DNA of 60,074 nt, counting the filler, from Basidioascus undulatus (lineage: Eukaryota): NCBI GenBank assembly GCA_000826855.1. It is 6 parts of 6 records of this genome, joined end to end, with 100 filler letters (N's around TTAATTAATTAA, not from the genome) between each part and the next. Parts side by side here need not be neighbours in the genome. Positions count along the whole stretch, not along the records: positions 1 to 27,035 come from JTLS01000172.1; positions 27,136 to 33,654 come from JTLS01001721.1; positions 33,755 to 40,265 come from JTLS01001722.1; 3 more parts are not named here. One strand, 5' to 3'. The stretch's first letter is position 1, and each line of letters opens with the position of its first letter. Shown here one piece after another: positions 25,455 to 38,089 of this stretch. A program made the translations under genes and the position numbers. Below the pieces are notes generated by a model. The model was not told the origin of the DNA and did no database searches. It worked only from the letters and a program-made list of their open reading frames with translations.

Positions 25455-27035
25455 GCTATGGCATGAGGGAGAATTAGCGGTAAGTTTTGTTTAGAGCGGT
25501 CTGGCTGAAGATCATGAGCGTAAGGATTGAAAACGGCGAGCCAAGGCGTAAGCAGAAGAGCGAGGCGGTTGGCGGCGCGAGCTGGGGAAGAGGCCGAGAT
25601 GCCGGCTGCCGAGTCAAGCGCGGCACGGCAGCAGACGGGCATGAAGGGCGGTTTCGCTCTTTACCGGCCGATGCGTGGGCTCGTTGGACTGTTAATTTTC
25701 AAGTCGAACAACAGGCAGAGGTTGAACACATAAATTTGTAGAAAGTGTAGGTCACGGAAGTTGCGTATTGAAGTTGAATAGTACAGGTTCGGCAGCAATC
25801 GATTTCGCGAAAGATTCGCCCAGGTGAAAAGGCTTCGTATCCCCATCAGCTCTCACTCCATCCTCTCCCCACCCCAACGCTATCACCACAGTTGCGCATT
25901 ACACGGCAAGGCCGTCCTCTACATACCGCAGGCAACGGCGTTCTGCCTACACCCGCCCGGGTGCGGGGAGCGTCACAGCAATGTTGTTGAAAGGCTTGTC
26001 TTATGCAGGACACTGCGGGACGCTTCCGTCTGGTGTGATGGCCTAGACTGTCATGCGCCTGACGTGGTGCCGTGCAAACCCTGCGTTATGGACCATTTGC
26101 TCAGGGCTGGCGGTTAAAACCCAGTCGTGGCACCGACACGAAAAAAGCTAACCTCTATGTCTTACGACCTATGACCCTTTCTGACATGCTGTCTTCATCT
26201 TGACTGATTACCCCTACCATGGCTCATACATTGAATTGGCTCTCACTCCCACCCACAAGTATTGACACGATGGAAGCCGAAGCGAAGCGATATGGACCAC
26301 GCTCCATCTCCGACCTCACCCACGTGGCTGAGCCACAGTCCCGCCAGCCGGGAGTTTTGAACCGGTTGCTGAAGGCTCTGTTGTCCTCAGATGTCGCTTG
26401 CAACTCCTCTCTGAGCACATGACAAACTGGTGGAGACGTGGGTTCAAGTAACACATGATGACGCTATCATAGCCAACGAAGCTGAGCATAGGAGAGCCAC
26501 CCCTACACACGGACATCGCAGCATGCAGCTTGCAGTTTCATTGATCCTGTCAGTTGTCCCCTATTAATGTGGACATACACAATCCCCCTCAGTCTTGCTT
26601 GCAGGGATTTATTGAAAACTTTGCATTGCACCAATTCAGCTCCTTTCACAGTCCGAAGGTACGGAAATGCACTCTCTTACTCACCTCTCTATTTGCGTTG
26701 ATACAGAGCTTAATTCTTGGGAGGATAGGCTGACTGAAAGGTATCTCGACGGTGTTCAACACATTGTATTAGACAGACCTTCGCACACTGCTCCGACCTG
26801 TAGGACGGGCGATGAATCTGTGCTTGCGCAGCCCTCCATCTAGTCTCGGGAAGCGGAGAGTCCGTTCCACAAGGTTTATGTCTTCCTCCAAAATTTAAGG
26901 CGCAGTTGCCTACCCATGCTTGATCCCATATCACGCAGCGGCCGCTGCCCGCTGCGCAAGCTGCAAAGCGGTATATAACTACGGCTCAGCAGTTACGCAT
27001 CAGCCTCTTCATCACTATCTTGAAGCCACCCAGCA

Positions 27036-27135
27036 NNNNNNNNNNNNNNNNNNNNNNNNNNNNNNNNNNNNNNNNNNNNTTAATTAATTAANNNNNNNNN
27101 NNNNNNNNNNNNNNNNNNNNNNNNNNNNNNNNNNN
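27036..27135. other. Artificial contig spacer (N44-TTAATTAATTAA-N44)
   Basis: 100-nt N block with a central linker giving stops in all six frames; identical to the other four spacers. Confidence 0.98.
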
Positions 27136-27853
27136 TCGCTTGCCATGCATCGCCCCCACCAAGATCGCCCGGCCCGCTGAGCTCGCGCCCGACGAGCTTC
27201 GGGTCGTACTTGCCCGCGCCGACAGAGAAGCTCGACGCGCTCGACGGAATATTCATGACTGATGCTGGTGAAGGTACGGGCGTGCCGCCGGAACGCGAGT
27301 TGACGAGGGTCGTGGAGGAGCTGGAGTGGCCGAGACGGGTGAAGGGGAGGTGGACGCGCGATGAGGAGGCATGGGAGGTTGTTGATGGGGAGGGGAGGGA
27401 GGCCATCGAGGACGATGAGAGCATCGAGCGCGATGGCGGTGGGGGTCCTTGGGAGGATGAGGCTGGAGAGAGCGAGGCGGAGGACGGCGATGGGAGGGGC
27501 GGACGCGAGGATGATGCGGAACGCAGCATCTGGGACGGCTGGCTGCCCTTTGACTTGGTGGGGCTCTCCATGCCTGACGACATAGGAGGCATCCTCCCCG
27601 CCGCGGCGACAGCCCCACCCAGCGAAAGCTCCTCGAGCCCCGGCGGTCTCCTCACTGGCGACGGGCTCGGGGGCGCGATCATCGCCTGGTGCTGCTGGCG
27701 CTGCTGCTGCGTCCGGCTCGGGGCTTGGAGCGGTGTCCGCGGACTCTCGCGATGGGGGGAATACTGGCCCGGATATGCAGGCGTGTCGGGCGCGAGTGGG
27801 GATGGGGAGGAGATGAGAAGGTCCGCCGGACGGCGTGCACCCGAGCGACGCAT
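27136..27853 (-). CDS. Probable HbrB/Bit61 (PRR5-like, TORC2-associated) protein, 5' part cut by the spacer
   Basis: Long Ser/Pro-rich N-terminus from MRRSGARRP to GKYDPKLVGREL..GDAWQA, resembling the sequence that precedes the HbrB domain in basidiomycete proteins. The domain itself is not visible. Confidence 0.45.
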
Positions 27854-28542
27854 GGCGGCCCGTGAGTCCGCTATGACAGCTGGCACACGTGGAGGCAGCG
27901 GAGGTCCCAGCGAGCGGGTGCACGGCGGTGCGATGGCACAAAAGAGCCCGAGAGCGTCCGCGATATAGGCGGCCACAGGTGCAGATGGGCAAGACAAAGG
28001 GCGGGACGATGAGCGCGAGGCACAAGGAAGCGTGAGCGAGTGAACTCTCGAGTGTGAGCACCGGCTGTCACGGTGACAGCACGTCCATTTGACGCTTAGT
28101 GCGTTTGTCCAAACTGCCAACTGCAGCGGAAAACTTGACGAATCTGACAACTAGCTGTATCGAATCACCAGGGCCTTACTTTTTTGGGGAGCACTGAGAC
28201 CTAAGCTTCCATCCCCTTCGTTACCACAGGTACAGCAGGGTGTCTGCGGCAGCGCTCCACGAAGTCCGCGCCGATCCGCGTTGCCCTTTGTCTTTGTCCT
28301 CCCCGTGCTTTGATTCGGAAGCATCTTTGTGTGCCTGTTGAAGTCCTGGCCGAAAGGCAGCCCGAGAACGCTTGGGTCGTGCAGAAACAGCACCCCGATG
28401 ACAGCCCATCCAATTTTCGCTCTCACATCGAGCGTCGCCAATTGCCAGAGCGAAACACTGACAGCTCCCTCTTGCTCCCTCCGCTGCCCGTAAAGCGCTG
28501 CCCAACACAGAGCACCTTCCTTCCTTACCCTTGTCCACCACA

Positions 28543-29187
28543 ATGTTCGCCCGCTGTCCTCTCACGAACGTCCTCCCCGGTCTCAATTCCACCACCACTG
28601 GACTGCCCCCTATCCCGCCAAAGGCCTTCAACAAGTCCTCCACCCTTGCGAAAGCCCTCTTCCCCGCCCTCCGTCGAGGCTCCTCCGCCGGAGTAAATGA
28701 TCTCCGCAAATCGCACGTCAGTTCCGCCCACCTCGGCGCGAAGATGTACGCCGCCTACAAGTACCACTTCGGGCGCGACCTGCACCCCGTCGGCGCGCGT
28801 CCCGCGGCCCACTTGCAGGACACGGACCTGCAGGCGCGGTTCTTCTCGGAGCAGTCCGACGAGGAACTCCTCCACGCGCTGTGGGTCCTGAAGCACACGG
28901 GGGAGGCGTTCGAGGAGCGCGTGCCGCTCGCTGCGGAGTCGACAGCGCACAGGGACTATCTCCTCTCGTTCGGGTAGGAGCTGGCCGTGAAGCTGCTCGA
29001 GTGCCCCAAGGCGGAGGAGGGGACCCCGGTGGAGAAGCTGGACACCAGGGCGAGGCGGCTGCTGTACTTTGCGAGGACCGCGGACAAGGGGTGGGGAGAG
29101 GATGAGGGGTGGATGACCAAGGGGCTCGAGGAGGAGATTGGGAAGAGGGGGTTGCGGGAGGTGGAGTTGGCGGTTTCGTTGGATTGA
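28543..29187 (+). pseudogene. Intronless hypothetical gene with a single in-frame TAG (28975-28977)
   Basis: MFARCPLTNVLPG..RDYLLSFG*ELAVKLLECPKAEEG..ELAVSLD*. The frame and GC3-rich codon bias are the same on both sides of the TAG. Confidence 0.6.
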
Positions 29188-32100
29188 TTCAAGTTCGAGT
29201 AGTTATACCCTTGAATTGTTTGTTCATGTAGGCGGCTACTGCAGGTGGATTTGTACTGGCCGTCCAGCCTGTGCATTAAGGTTGTGCTTCCAAGCACTGC
29301 AATCCATTCGGAGCTAGTGTGTTGCGTTGTAAGTAACCATCTTGAGGAAAAATGCAACAACAGTACTGTGGTCCATTTCTTTCTTCCGCAACTGGACAGT
29401 GCGCGCCGCTGCAACCAATTCTCAGATCTTTAGTACAGGGCGCTGTCCAATACAGCAATCATCCGTCGTTGCTTGGACTACCTCTGCCCCGTTTCTTGTC
29501 CTCCAGCAAGAGTAGATGGGGTATATAGCCTCGCCATTGGGGCGAATCGAACGTGTCGAAGGCGATACATTCGTCTGAGCACAGCCAACGTCCCAGCTAG
29601 ACGGCAAACGGCAATTCAGAGGCGTGTGCATCGACTTCCGTTCGATCACGTTGCGGCGTCTCACCAAGAGCCGCCCAAAGATACTTGCTGTCTGAATATT
29701 GCTCTGGTGAAGGGAATTTGCGGACACCAGCAGAGCTGCGCCTTGTGAAGCGTTTTCCTGGTGGCCGCCTCTTAAGCTCATCATGAGCTTTCTCGATTAT
29801 GGGTCTTTATTGTTCATGGTAACAAACACTTCCAAGAGCCTGATCGCATCAGGTCGCACCCGGTTACAGCAGATCCCTCAATTTAATCATCTCTGTGGAA
29901 CGCAGCGTCACGATGCGACTGGTAGTATGAACGGAACGAAGTAGGGCTATAACATTTTAAGCATCCGGTACGCCCATTAAGACAACCGCTATCCCGCATC
30001 AACGTCCGCTTAGTTCATGGCTTGGCTTCAACTACAATTACCAACGTGTAGGACGCACTAAGCCCTGACTTTCTGCAGAGCGCCGTTTGCCCTATGCAAA
30101 CCATCAACTTCTACTGGGGTGTCCAGGCGCGCAGCACTGAAAGTTTGTCTGATGATTCTCCATGTTCCGTCACAGGTAAGATTCACAGCATGCACGTTCT
30201 GTGCGCATGGTCGGTATACAAATGTGCATTAAACGGTCATCACGTAGACGAACTCGGCTGCCCTGTTCGCGTACTGGGGTCTCCTCCTCGATCTGATACA
30301 GCATTCGACCCAGTGCCGGCGCTGTCTCGCTCACTAAGAGCAGTGAGCTCCCTTGCAGGGATGGCGCCCGATTCGGAGTGTCTGTTTTTCCTCACGCCGC
30401 TGATGAAAGCGTTGCGGACGAACACGAAGAGGAGGGCATCGGCTAGGCCTAGACACCCCGACCATGAACGATGTTGTCAGTGCTGAAGACCCGTGAGAAC
30501 CTATGTAGGGCATTCCGGGATTCACCTGTACTTGCAAAAAGGCATCCCGACACAATGACGAGCGGCGTGGGCGGTTCCCAGTGCATTCCGCTCAACTTCA
30601 CCACCGCCAGCGGGAGGAGGTTGATACACCAGACGGCTGGATAGCTGCTCCCCCTTGGTTATTCTAGATACTAGTGGCTTTGATGGTTGAGGACCCTTTG
30701 ATCAATGACCAATCGACGGTCGCAAACTCACAGGAGCAGCTTCCTGGAGGCTTTGAGAACGATTTCTCCCACTGCTGGGGAATCCGCCTCCGGCGAGCCC
30801 ACGACCGATGTAGCATCCAGATGCCCTCCTGTATCCATCCGAACTCCGCTCCGCGCTGAGGTATGGGGGTGCGCGGGCAGGAGATGCCCCGCGGCTGGAA
30901 CGGCGTGGCTGGTACCTCGAGCGACCTTTGCTTCGAAGAAGGGATATACCGCCGGTCGCGATCGCCGAAGCTCGTCCATGAAAGAGAAGAAAATTTTGAG
31001 ATAGACGAATATGTAGAGCATGAAGGTGACGAGCAGGACGACGAGCGCCCACGCCTAGCACAGAGGTGAGAGTGAGCGGCAGCATGCGGTTCTCGGAGCA
31101 TAACATGTGACACACATACGCACCCAATACCACAGTATGATTACGGTGAAGCTTACTCCTCGCCAGCACCATGCTCCGCCCCGGTTAGCGTCCCAAAAGT
31201 TGCGAGGCGGCTGGACTACGGCGGTCGGACCGATGATCGATAGAACGACCGGTGATACCTGCCCAGACAGCCTTTCTTACAAATCACGCGACTTGAAGCG
31301 GAGAGACTGTCTAATCACGTACCCAACCGAGAACCAAGAAAACATACGCGACCCAACGCGGCAACGGTCGGCCCATGAGGAGGGAGAAGGTGTGCACCGC
31401 GATCGCAAAGGTCCTGCACGATAAACCATAAGGCTGGAGCTCTAGATCTGACACTATGAAGTCTTCATCGACAGTGTCATAATCCACATACCAAATTGCG
31501 TTACCGAGTTCGCCGATCTGACAGAAGGTGCCTGGCAGTGCCCGTCAGAAACCGCAGATTCAGCGTCAGAACCACAGCGAGTCGAATGGTAGACGTACCT
31601 TGCGCATTGCAGGCCGCGCCAATGTAGACCCCTTTACGCACGAGCCATACGAAGTTGATAGAAAACCCAACACCATCCACGCCGTTGCATATCAGGTCGC
31701 TGAGGAGGTAGTAGCCCTGCTTTCGTGCAGTAAGTCAACTAATGCAGTATGGATTCGAGCATCTACCGTGCTCACAAGAGGACTTCTGAAAAACTCAGGA
31801 AACCTACTGAGCCCCTGCGCAGGAACACAGTACGCCCGGACCTGCCCCAAGGCTTTGCTCGTCAATCGGGGGATGGTCTTCTCGCCCGCAAGCACGTTCC
31901 CAGGATCTCCTTCTCCCGCTCCGCCACACACCCTCCCTTCTCCCATGTTACTGGAGAGCAACTCACGATTATATATATGACCACCGCAAAGGCGCTGGTT
32001 GCACTCGCCAAGCCCGCAACGCCAATGAGCTTGCCTCGCAATTCAGCATTTCATCGTTGGCTACCGGTGCTGAGAGGGGCGCACCGCGAGACCAGCTCTT

Positions 32101-32957
32101 TCACCGGGAGCAGTGTAGTACGCCTCCCATCCGGCGTCGGTCTGATTGAGCTGTACCATAGTCCTTCGCAAGGACGGTTGGGTGTGAGTGGGAGGAAGCA
32201 CCGACGTTTAGGAAGCTTACGGGAAACAAGCGCCTGAAGGCATGTGATAGTCGGTGATGTGTTGTCACGAAATCAGCGGATCCATACGTTCATGTCATAA
32301 TTGTCTAAGTGTTTTCACAGTGCCAAGACGTTTCTGCGGGCTGTAGATTCAGAGATATTTCAAAGGGTGGAAAGCAGTCACTGAGCGGGAGGACACGGGA
32401 GTGAGGTGACTGGTGGCCTGAATGACCTGAATGCCAGGTCCCACTGGAGCCTACGACTGCCGGTTCGGAGACTGTGCGAATGGTCGCGTCCAGCGGTGGC
32501 AAGTTACCGTGAATGTGCGCGAATCCAGCATGTCGAGTCTCACCACTACACAGTGGGCTCGCTTGGCAAGCCCGCCTGATAACGCACCAGTGCTGCCATC
32601 GCAAGCACCAAGCACAAGATCAACGCTTGTATAATATCGCACAACATCGGTTTGTCAACAGCTTCAACCCTAGCTACGCGCGCAAGAAGACGGGAGAAGA
32701 GGTGGAAGGGTGAGAGAGGTGAGAAGCGAGAGGGAGAGAGAAAGAGAACAACTTCTGGTATTTACAAAGCAACAATATCGATTCGACGAACTACGGCGCA
32801 AGAAAGGGAGAGCGAGAAGCGCGAGTGGGGGAGGGTAGAAGGGTGAGGGGGCCAGGGCGGCAAAGTCGGTGAAATGATTCGTGGCTGGGCGTGATCGCGA
32901 GAGCGAGAGCGGGAGGAGTGGAGAAGGTGGCGAGACTGGAGTGGTGGCTGTGCGCGC

Positions 32958-33654
32958 TCACTCGGAGTCGCTATCGGAGCCGGAGCCCGAGTCGGACTCG
33001 GAGCCGGAAGACGCCTCGTCGTCCTCGGCAGCGTAGGCTGTCGAAAGCGAACGGCGAAACATGTCAGCAACCCTTCGCATATCTCCAAGCCGTCCGACCA
33101 ACTCACGCGTCGCCGCCGCCCCGCCGGCATTGTCAAAGTTCTGGAGGCGCTCCTCGAGCTTGCGGATCTTCTCCGATTCCTCGTCCTCGTTCATGCTCTT
33201 GCGCTTGACACCGCCCGTGCCCGCACGCTTGGGCTTGTGCGAGATCTCGCCCGTCGCCGAACGCTTCGCGGCGCGCTTCTTGGGGCGCACGACAAAGTTG
33301 TAGAGCTTGTGGAGCGTCTTGATCGGGAGGACGTCGATATCGAGCTCGATCTCCTCGGAGGACTGCGAGGCGCGGGGGAGGATCGCCCGAGTCAGCACAG
33401 AAGCAAGGAGGGAGAAGTAACTAGGAGGACAGATGGATACGCACGTCCTTAAGATCTGGCCTCGACTCGTGGATGATTTTGATGGCCCTGTCGAGCCGGT
33501 CGCCGTCGAGCTCCTGGATCTTCTCCGCGAGCTCCTTCTTCATGTCGAACGTGACCTCGCCGTACCCGCCGTCGTCCGCGGCGTCGTCCTCGTCATCGCT
33601 CGCAGGCGACCGCTTCTTGCCCGCTCCTTTCCCGCCGCCGCCGCCGCCGCCGCC
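32958..33654 (-). CDS. BDF1: BET bromodomain protein, C-terminal ET domain and acidic/Ser tail (5' part beyond spacer)
   Basis: VTFDMKKELAEKIQELDGDRLDRAIKIIHE..EEIELDIDVLPIKTLHKLYNFVV is an ET domain, followed by GGVKRKSMNEDEESEKIRKLEERL and a SSGSESDS tail. Confidence 0.9.
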
Positions 33655-33754
33655 NNNNNNNNNNNNNNNNNNNNNNNNNNNNNNNNNNNNNNNNNNNNTT
33701 AATTAATTAANNNNNNNNNNNNNNNNNNNNNNNNNNNNNNNNNNNNNNNNNNNN
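33655..33754. other. Artificial contig spacer
   Basis: Same 100-nt N/TTAATTAATTAA block. Confidence 0.98.
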
Positions 33755-34445
33755 GCCCGGCTCGAAAAAGCGCATCCGCCCCAACGACAAGTTTGTCGAA
33801 GTGGACCCGGCCGCGCCGGCGAAGCGGCGTCGGTGCGTTTCCTGCTCCTCCATCTCATCTTTTCTTCTTCTTTTGAGGGATTCTGGAGATGCTGACTCTA
33901 TGAAAATACGGGCCTACAGAAAGAAGTCGTCGCCGCCTCCGGAAGGGGCGGACGAGCACGGCGCGCAAACGATCTTCACGCCCGAGGACGACGAGGCGCT
34001 CGCGCGCGTGGCGTCCCTGAATCCGGGGCTGGACATCCCCTCCCTGGCCGACATCCTCTCTCGCGAGGTCCGTGTCTCTTCCCGTTCATAATTCCTTACC
34101 CTTCCTCACCCTCGCTCTACCGTGAGCTTTCACTGACCCTGGCCCACGCGCGCGCAGACGAACCGCCACACCCCCTCGGTCTGGGCCTCCCGGCTCGCAT
34201 CCACCGCGCCGGACCCCGACGAGTCCGAGCTCGGCGAGGCCTACGCGCTCGTCGCGAAGGTGGCCCTCGCCGCGGAGAAGGCGCGCCTCGAGCAGGAGGC
34301 GGCCGCGGCCGCTGCGGGGTACGGCGGCGGCGAGGAGGACGATGATGAGGACGAGGATGAGGACGAGGATGATGAGGAGGACGAGGGCGGCGTGGGCGTG
34401 GGGCGCAGCTTTTTGATCCACCCGGAGCTCGCGGGCGAGGGGTGA
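33755..34445 (+). CDS. 3' end of a protein with a Rap1-type Myb-like repeat and acidic tail
   Basis: Spliced reading IFTPEDDEALARVASLNPG..ILSRE-TNRHTPSVWASRL fits the FT.EDD..L...RHT..W pattern; followed by EEDDDEDEDE and a stop at 34445. Confidence 0.45.
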
Positions 34446-35057
34446 GTGGTTCGGGCTTGAGTGGAACAGGGAGAGTATGGCTGATAGGAGGGGGTGGGAC
34501 GCCAGGGTCCACCACCATCATCATCATCACTCGCACGAGCCCGGCGGGGGGCATGCGCATCATCATCTGGGCGAGCCGGAAGGGGGCGCGTGAAACTAGG
34601 GCGGCGTGAGCGAGCGAGCGGCTTGTGTTTGCTTTTTTATGCTGCTGTGTTCTATGTTGTCCTACTATACATCTTCCGCGCTGAGCTTTTCATGGTGTAC
34701 TGGGCCCAGCAGCGGCTGGCATGCGTTTGCCAGTCTGCACTAACATGGACTGAGCTAACCGCGTCCTCTTACCAACCAACATATTTCTTCCGCAAAAGCC
34801 TTTCACATTTGATCTGCGTATGATGTGCGCGACAACGTGCCAGGGAATACAAAGACAACAGTTTCTGATATGAAAAGTCTCGGGCTGTCAACGCATCCCG
34901 ACAATCAATGTCACTTGGCCACTCGCCGACAGTCGCGCGACGGGTCGGGGCCGTTCTCCGGCAGAGATCTGCACGACCGTCGCATAAAAGATGTCCTCTG
35001 CTTTTCCTTCGCGCTGTTTTCCCAGCTTCGCATTGCGCTCTCTATCGCCGTATCAAC

Positions 35058-35757
35058 ATGACCGTCCTACGAATTGTCTTGTTCTGTTCCTTGTTTCTGG
35101 CGTGCCTGGCTACCTCCCCTCGTACGCGGTTCCCCCTTCCCACATCATGTGGATAATGCAGAGCTGAAAGTCGGACATGCATCACCAACAGCGTCTTCCG
35201 TCTTCTCCATCGGAACCGATCTAGGTCGCACGTTCAGGCTCGAGCAGAAGGGCGCTTCGTTGCGATACAGCAGGGGGCATGCAGTACCCAGTGCAGCATG
35301 TTACAGTAGATGACGCTTTCGGTACGTTGTTCTCGCTGTTGAAGGCTCGAGCTGTCTGTCTTGCAGGCGATGAGCTCGAGGGTGCCTGCACTACTCTCGA
35401 GGACATCAACTACACGCAGGACATACCCTTTAGCCTGGGGGAAACCACCGGCGGTTTATCACCCACTGGAGCTTTATCGCGCGCCCCCCTCCCCCCCCTT
35501 CCTCTCCGGCCTCGTCTGAGCCTACCACACGTGCAAGCAGCGACGTCGAAGCCACGCAGTTCGTTAAAGACAGCGACAGCGACAACGACTCTTTTTCAAC
35601 CTGGCACTCACAAGCGCTGTGGTTTTCGTTGCTCTTTTTGTATGAATCAAATACAGCTCGTTTTGGCTATGGTACCCTCCATTGCCAATCTGCTCCAAGG
35701 ATGACTGTAAAGCGGCTACGCAAACTTCGGAGTACCTGCAGGGCGCCAGTCGTCTAG
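35058..35757 (+). CDS. Possible small secreted protein (spliced; structure uncertain)
   Basis: caacATG then MTVLRIVLFCSLFLACLATSP (signal-like) followed by a GTACGC donor. Downstream coding-like blocks such as DELEGACTTLEDINYTQDIPFSLGE. The 3' end is uncertain. Confidence 0.35.
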
Positions 35758-36630
35758 CACTCTGCAGCGACTATTAAAGAGGGATTGATGAAGAAGCAAG
35801 TCCCCGGGGGGGGGGGAATGCTGTCAAAGATTGGTAGGAGCACTGAGTTCAAGATCTTCATCATGTGAGGATATGGTGGACAGCGTCGCAGCTCCCAGCA
35901 GGGCTTTCATGCTTGCGTGCGTTGCCTGTCCCCACAGGCCTCTAATGCACACTCAGCTCGCTTGTACACGTATTGGTACCGGCAAACGAACCCTCGTGGC
36001 CCAAGGTACTGAGGTACATCCAAGGTACATCTTTAGCGTTGTGGAGGAATCCTTCGGTGTCCGGCAACTGGGTCAGACCGGCGCTCTGGGCACATCGTGC
36101 ACTGCGAAGTGTGCGAACCAGAGTACCCAAATCCATCCGCCGCTGACCTGCTGGTTTGGCCGGGTACCTTGCGTTCTGGCCTGTTCTCACACGGTATGCT
36201 AGCCGAGTGAACCTTTCATGTGAAAACAGCCGGGTCGCGAGAGTTACCGTGAGAAGTGCACACTTTGTAGAGTGTCTCACTCCGATAGCGGTAGCCTGCA
36301 AGCGGCTGTTTTGGCTCTCGCTGCCCTCGTGGAGCACGGCATGGACTCTTCGCTCCGGCCAAGGCCGTATCACCGGACCAAATACAGGCGCTTTTTAAAG
36401 CATGCCGAAGAAGTGGTCACGCGGGCAAGCGAGGCGGACACCTCAAACAAGGAGCAATTGCCGCTCGGAGCACGCGAAGTCGCCAACGCATAAAACGCAA
36501 CAAGCTCTGGCAGGACAATGAGTCTTACTTCCCCCACCTCGCTCGTCCTCTCCAAGTTAGCGCGCTCCTCTTGTCTCCTAACGACCTTACGCCTAACGTT
36601 TACAACCCACACACCGTCCGAATCCACACA

Positions 36631-37566
36631 ATGCGCTTCTCCACTGTCGCCCTTGCCCTCCTGCCCGCGCTCGTCGCCGCGCAGACCATCCCGGACGTCA
36701 GCCAGATCCCGCCTTGCGTGCGTATCTCCGTCAAGACGAGAAAGTATCCAGTGATCATGACGAGGAGTCCTGACGATCCTGAGGATCTAGGTAATCAACT
36801 GCATTACCACCTCCGCTGGCTCGGCGGGCTGCACCGATCTGTGAGTGCCGAACACCTGCTTTGATTTTCGATTCAATTTGCTCACCTTGGCTGGGTGGTA
36901 GCACCGACTTCGGCTGCATCTGCACTTCCTCCCAGTTCCAAAGCTCGGCTCTCCAAGTGCGCCTGTTGCATTTCAGACACGTGCTTCGGTCTCAAATATT
37001 GACACGCGTGTGAGCGTCAACAGTGTCTCCAGGGCTGCACTCCGGAGGAGCAGCAGGCTGCTTCGGAGCTCAACAACGTACGTTGCTTTCTATTGCACAT
37101 TTCCTATGGTGCCTTATATTGATGACTTTCTTCTCTTCAGAGCATCTGCGCCTCACAGACTAACACTGCCTCCGCGACCGGCTCGGCCGCCGAGTCGGCG
37201 TCCGCCACCGAGTCGGCGTCCGCCACCGAGTCCGGCCTCAGCTCGTACGTCTTCTCAGCCGCATTCACAAGTATCCCTCCATGATCCGACCTGTTACTCT
37301 CTTAACAGTGCCAGCGAGGCTCTGAGCTCTGTCACGGGCTCCCAGGCGTCCTCTGCGTCGTCTGCTTCTAGCTCTCGGGCTTCGCGCACTTCGGGCGCCA
37401 GCGCTGCCCCTTCGGCGACTGTATGTTATGCCTTGACTATACCTGGCTCTCTCAAAGATACTGAGCGGATCCGTTGCATCTATAGGAGTCCGACAACGGC
37501 GCGCGCAGCCTCGCCGTCCCCGTCGCCATGCTCGCCGCCGTCGCGCTCGGCGCTCTCGCGCTCTAA
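36631..37566 (+). CDS. CFEM-domain, Ser/Thr-rich, probably GPI-anchored cell-surface protein
   Basis: Signal MRFSTVALALLPALVAA; spliced IPPC-VINC..GC..DFGCICTS..CLQGCTPEEQQAA..IC gives the 8-Cys CFEM pattern; Ser/Ala/Thr stalk; DNGA plus hydrophobic tail; TAA at 37564-37566. Confidence 0.9.
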
Positions 37567-38089
37567 GCATTGTTCCAAGTCATATATCGTGACTCCAGCA
37601 AAATTAGGTACCAAAGGGACCCCATCAGGTTAGGAGGAGGGGTGGAACGGTTGTGGAACTACTCGGTATCATGTCATTATGTCTTCATGCAAAGTTAATA
37701 CCATGCGATCTTGCGTTTCCTGTTGGCGTGTGACCGCACTGTCTGCTATTACATGTAGGCCTGTAAGATGGTCCTTCGAGGCTTGACAAAGTAGCTTGTG
37801 CCACTGAAGGGATGAGCGGCACATGGGCCATGCGTGTTCTCGAGTTCCTCAACTAAGGAGAGCCGAGTTGAAAAGCGACCGTCCGAAGACATCAATGTAT
37901 GTGATCGAGCCGATCAAGCAAGATGCAGATATGGATGATCGAACAGATAGTGCCTGAAACAATGCGATAATCGCGCGAAGTCGTTCGAAGCAAGGCTCCG
38001 GAGGGGTCAGTGTTCAGCTCTTCGTCGGCCAGGTCCCGCCCAGAGCAGTCGATGGAGTGGTGTGTGCATCGTGCATCCGCCGCGTCGCA

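Noticed and set aside
27080..27091. TTAATTAATTAA repeated at ~6.6-kb intervals, superficially a periodic repeat or array
   Set aside because: Always centred in a 100-nt N block; it is an artificial six-frame stop linker.
27210..27968. 252-aa plus-strand ORF
   Set aside because: Antisense to the Ser/Pro-rich minus-strand gene; its composition is what a shadow frame would give.
33632..33654. (GCC)n run, and a poly-G run near 35805-35816
   Set aside because: Simple repeats; the first encodes poly-Gly in BDF1 and probably caused the contig break.
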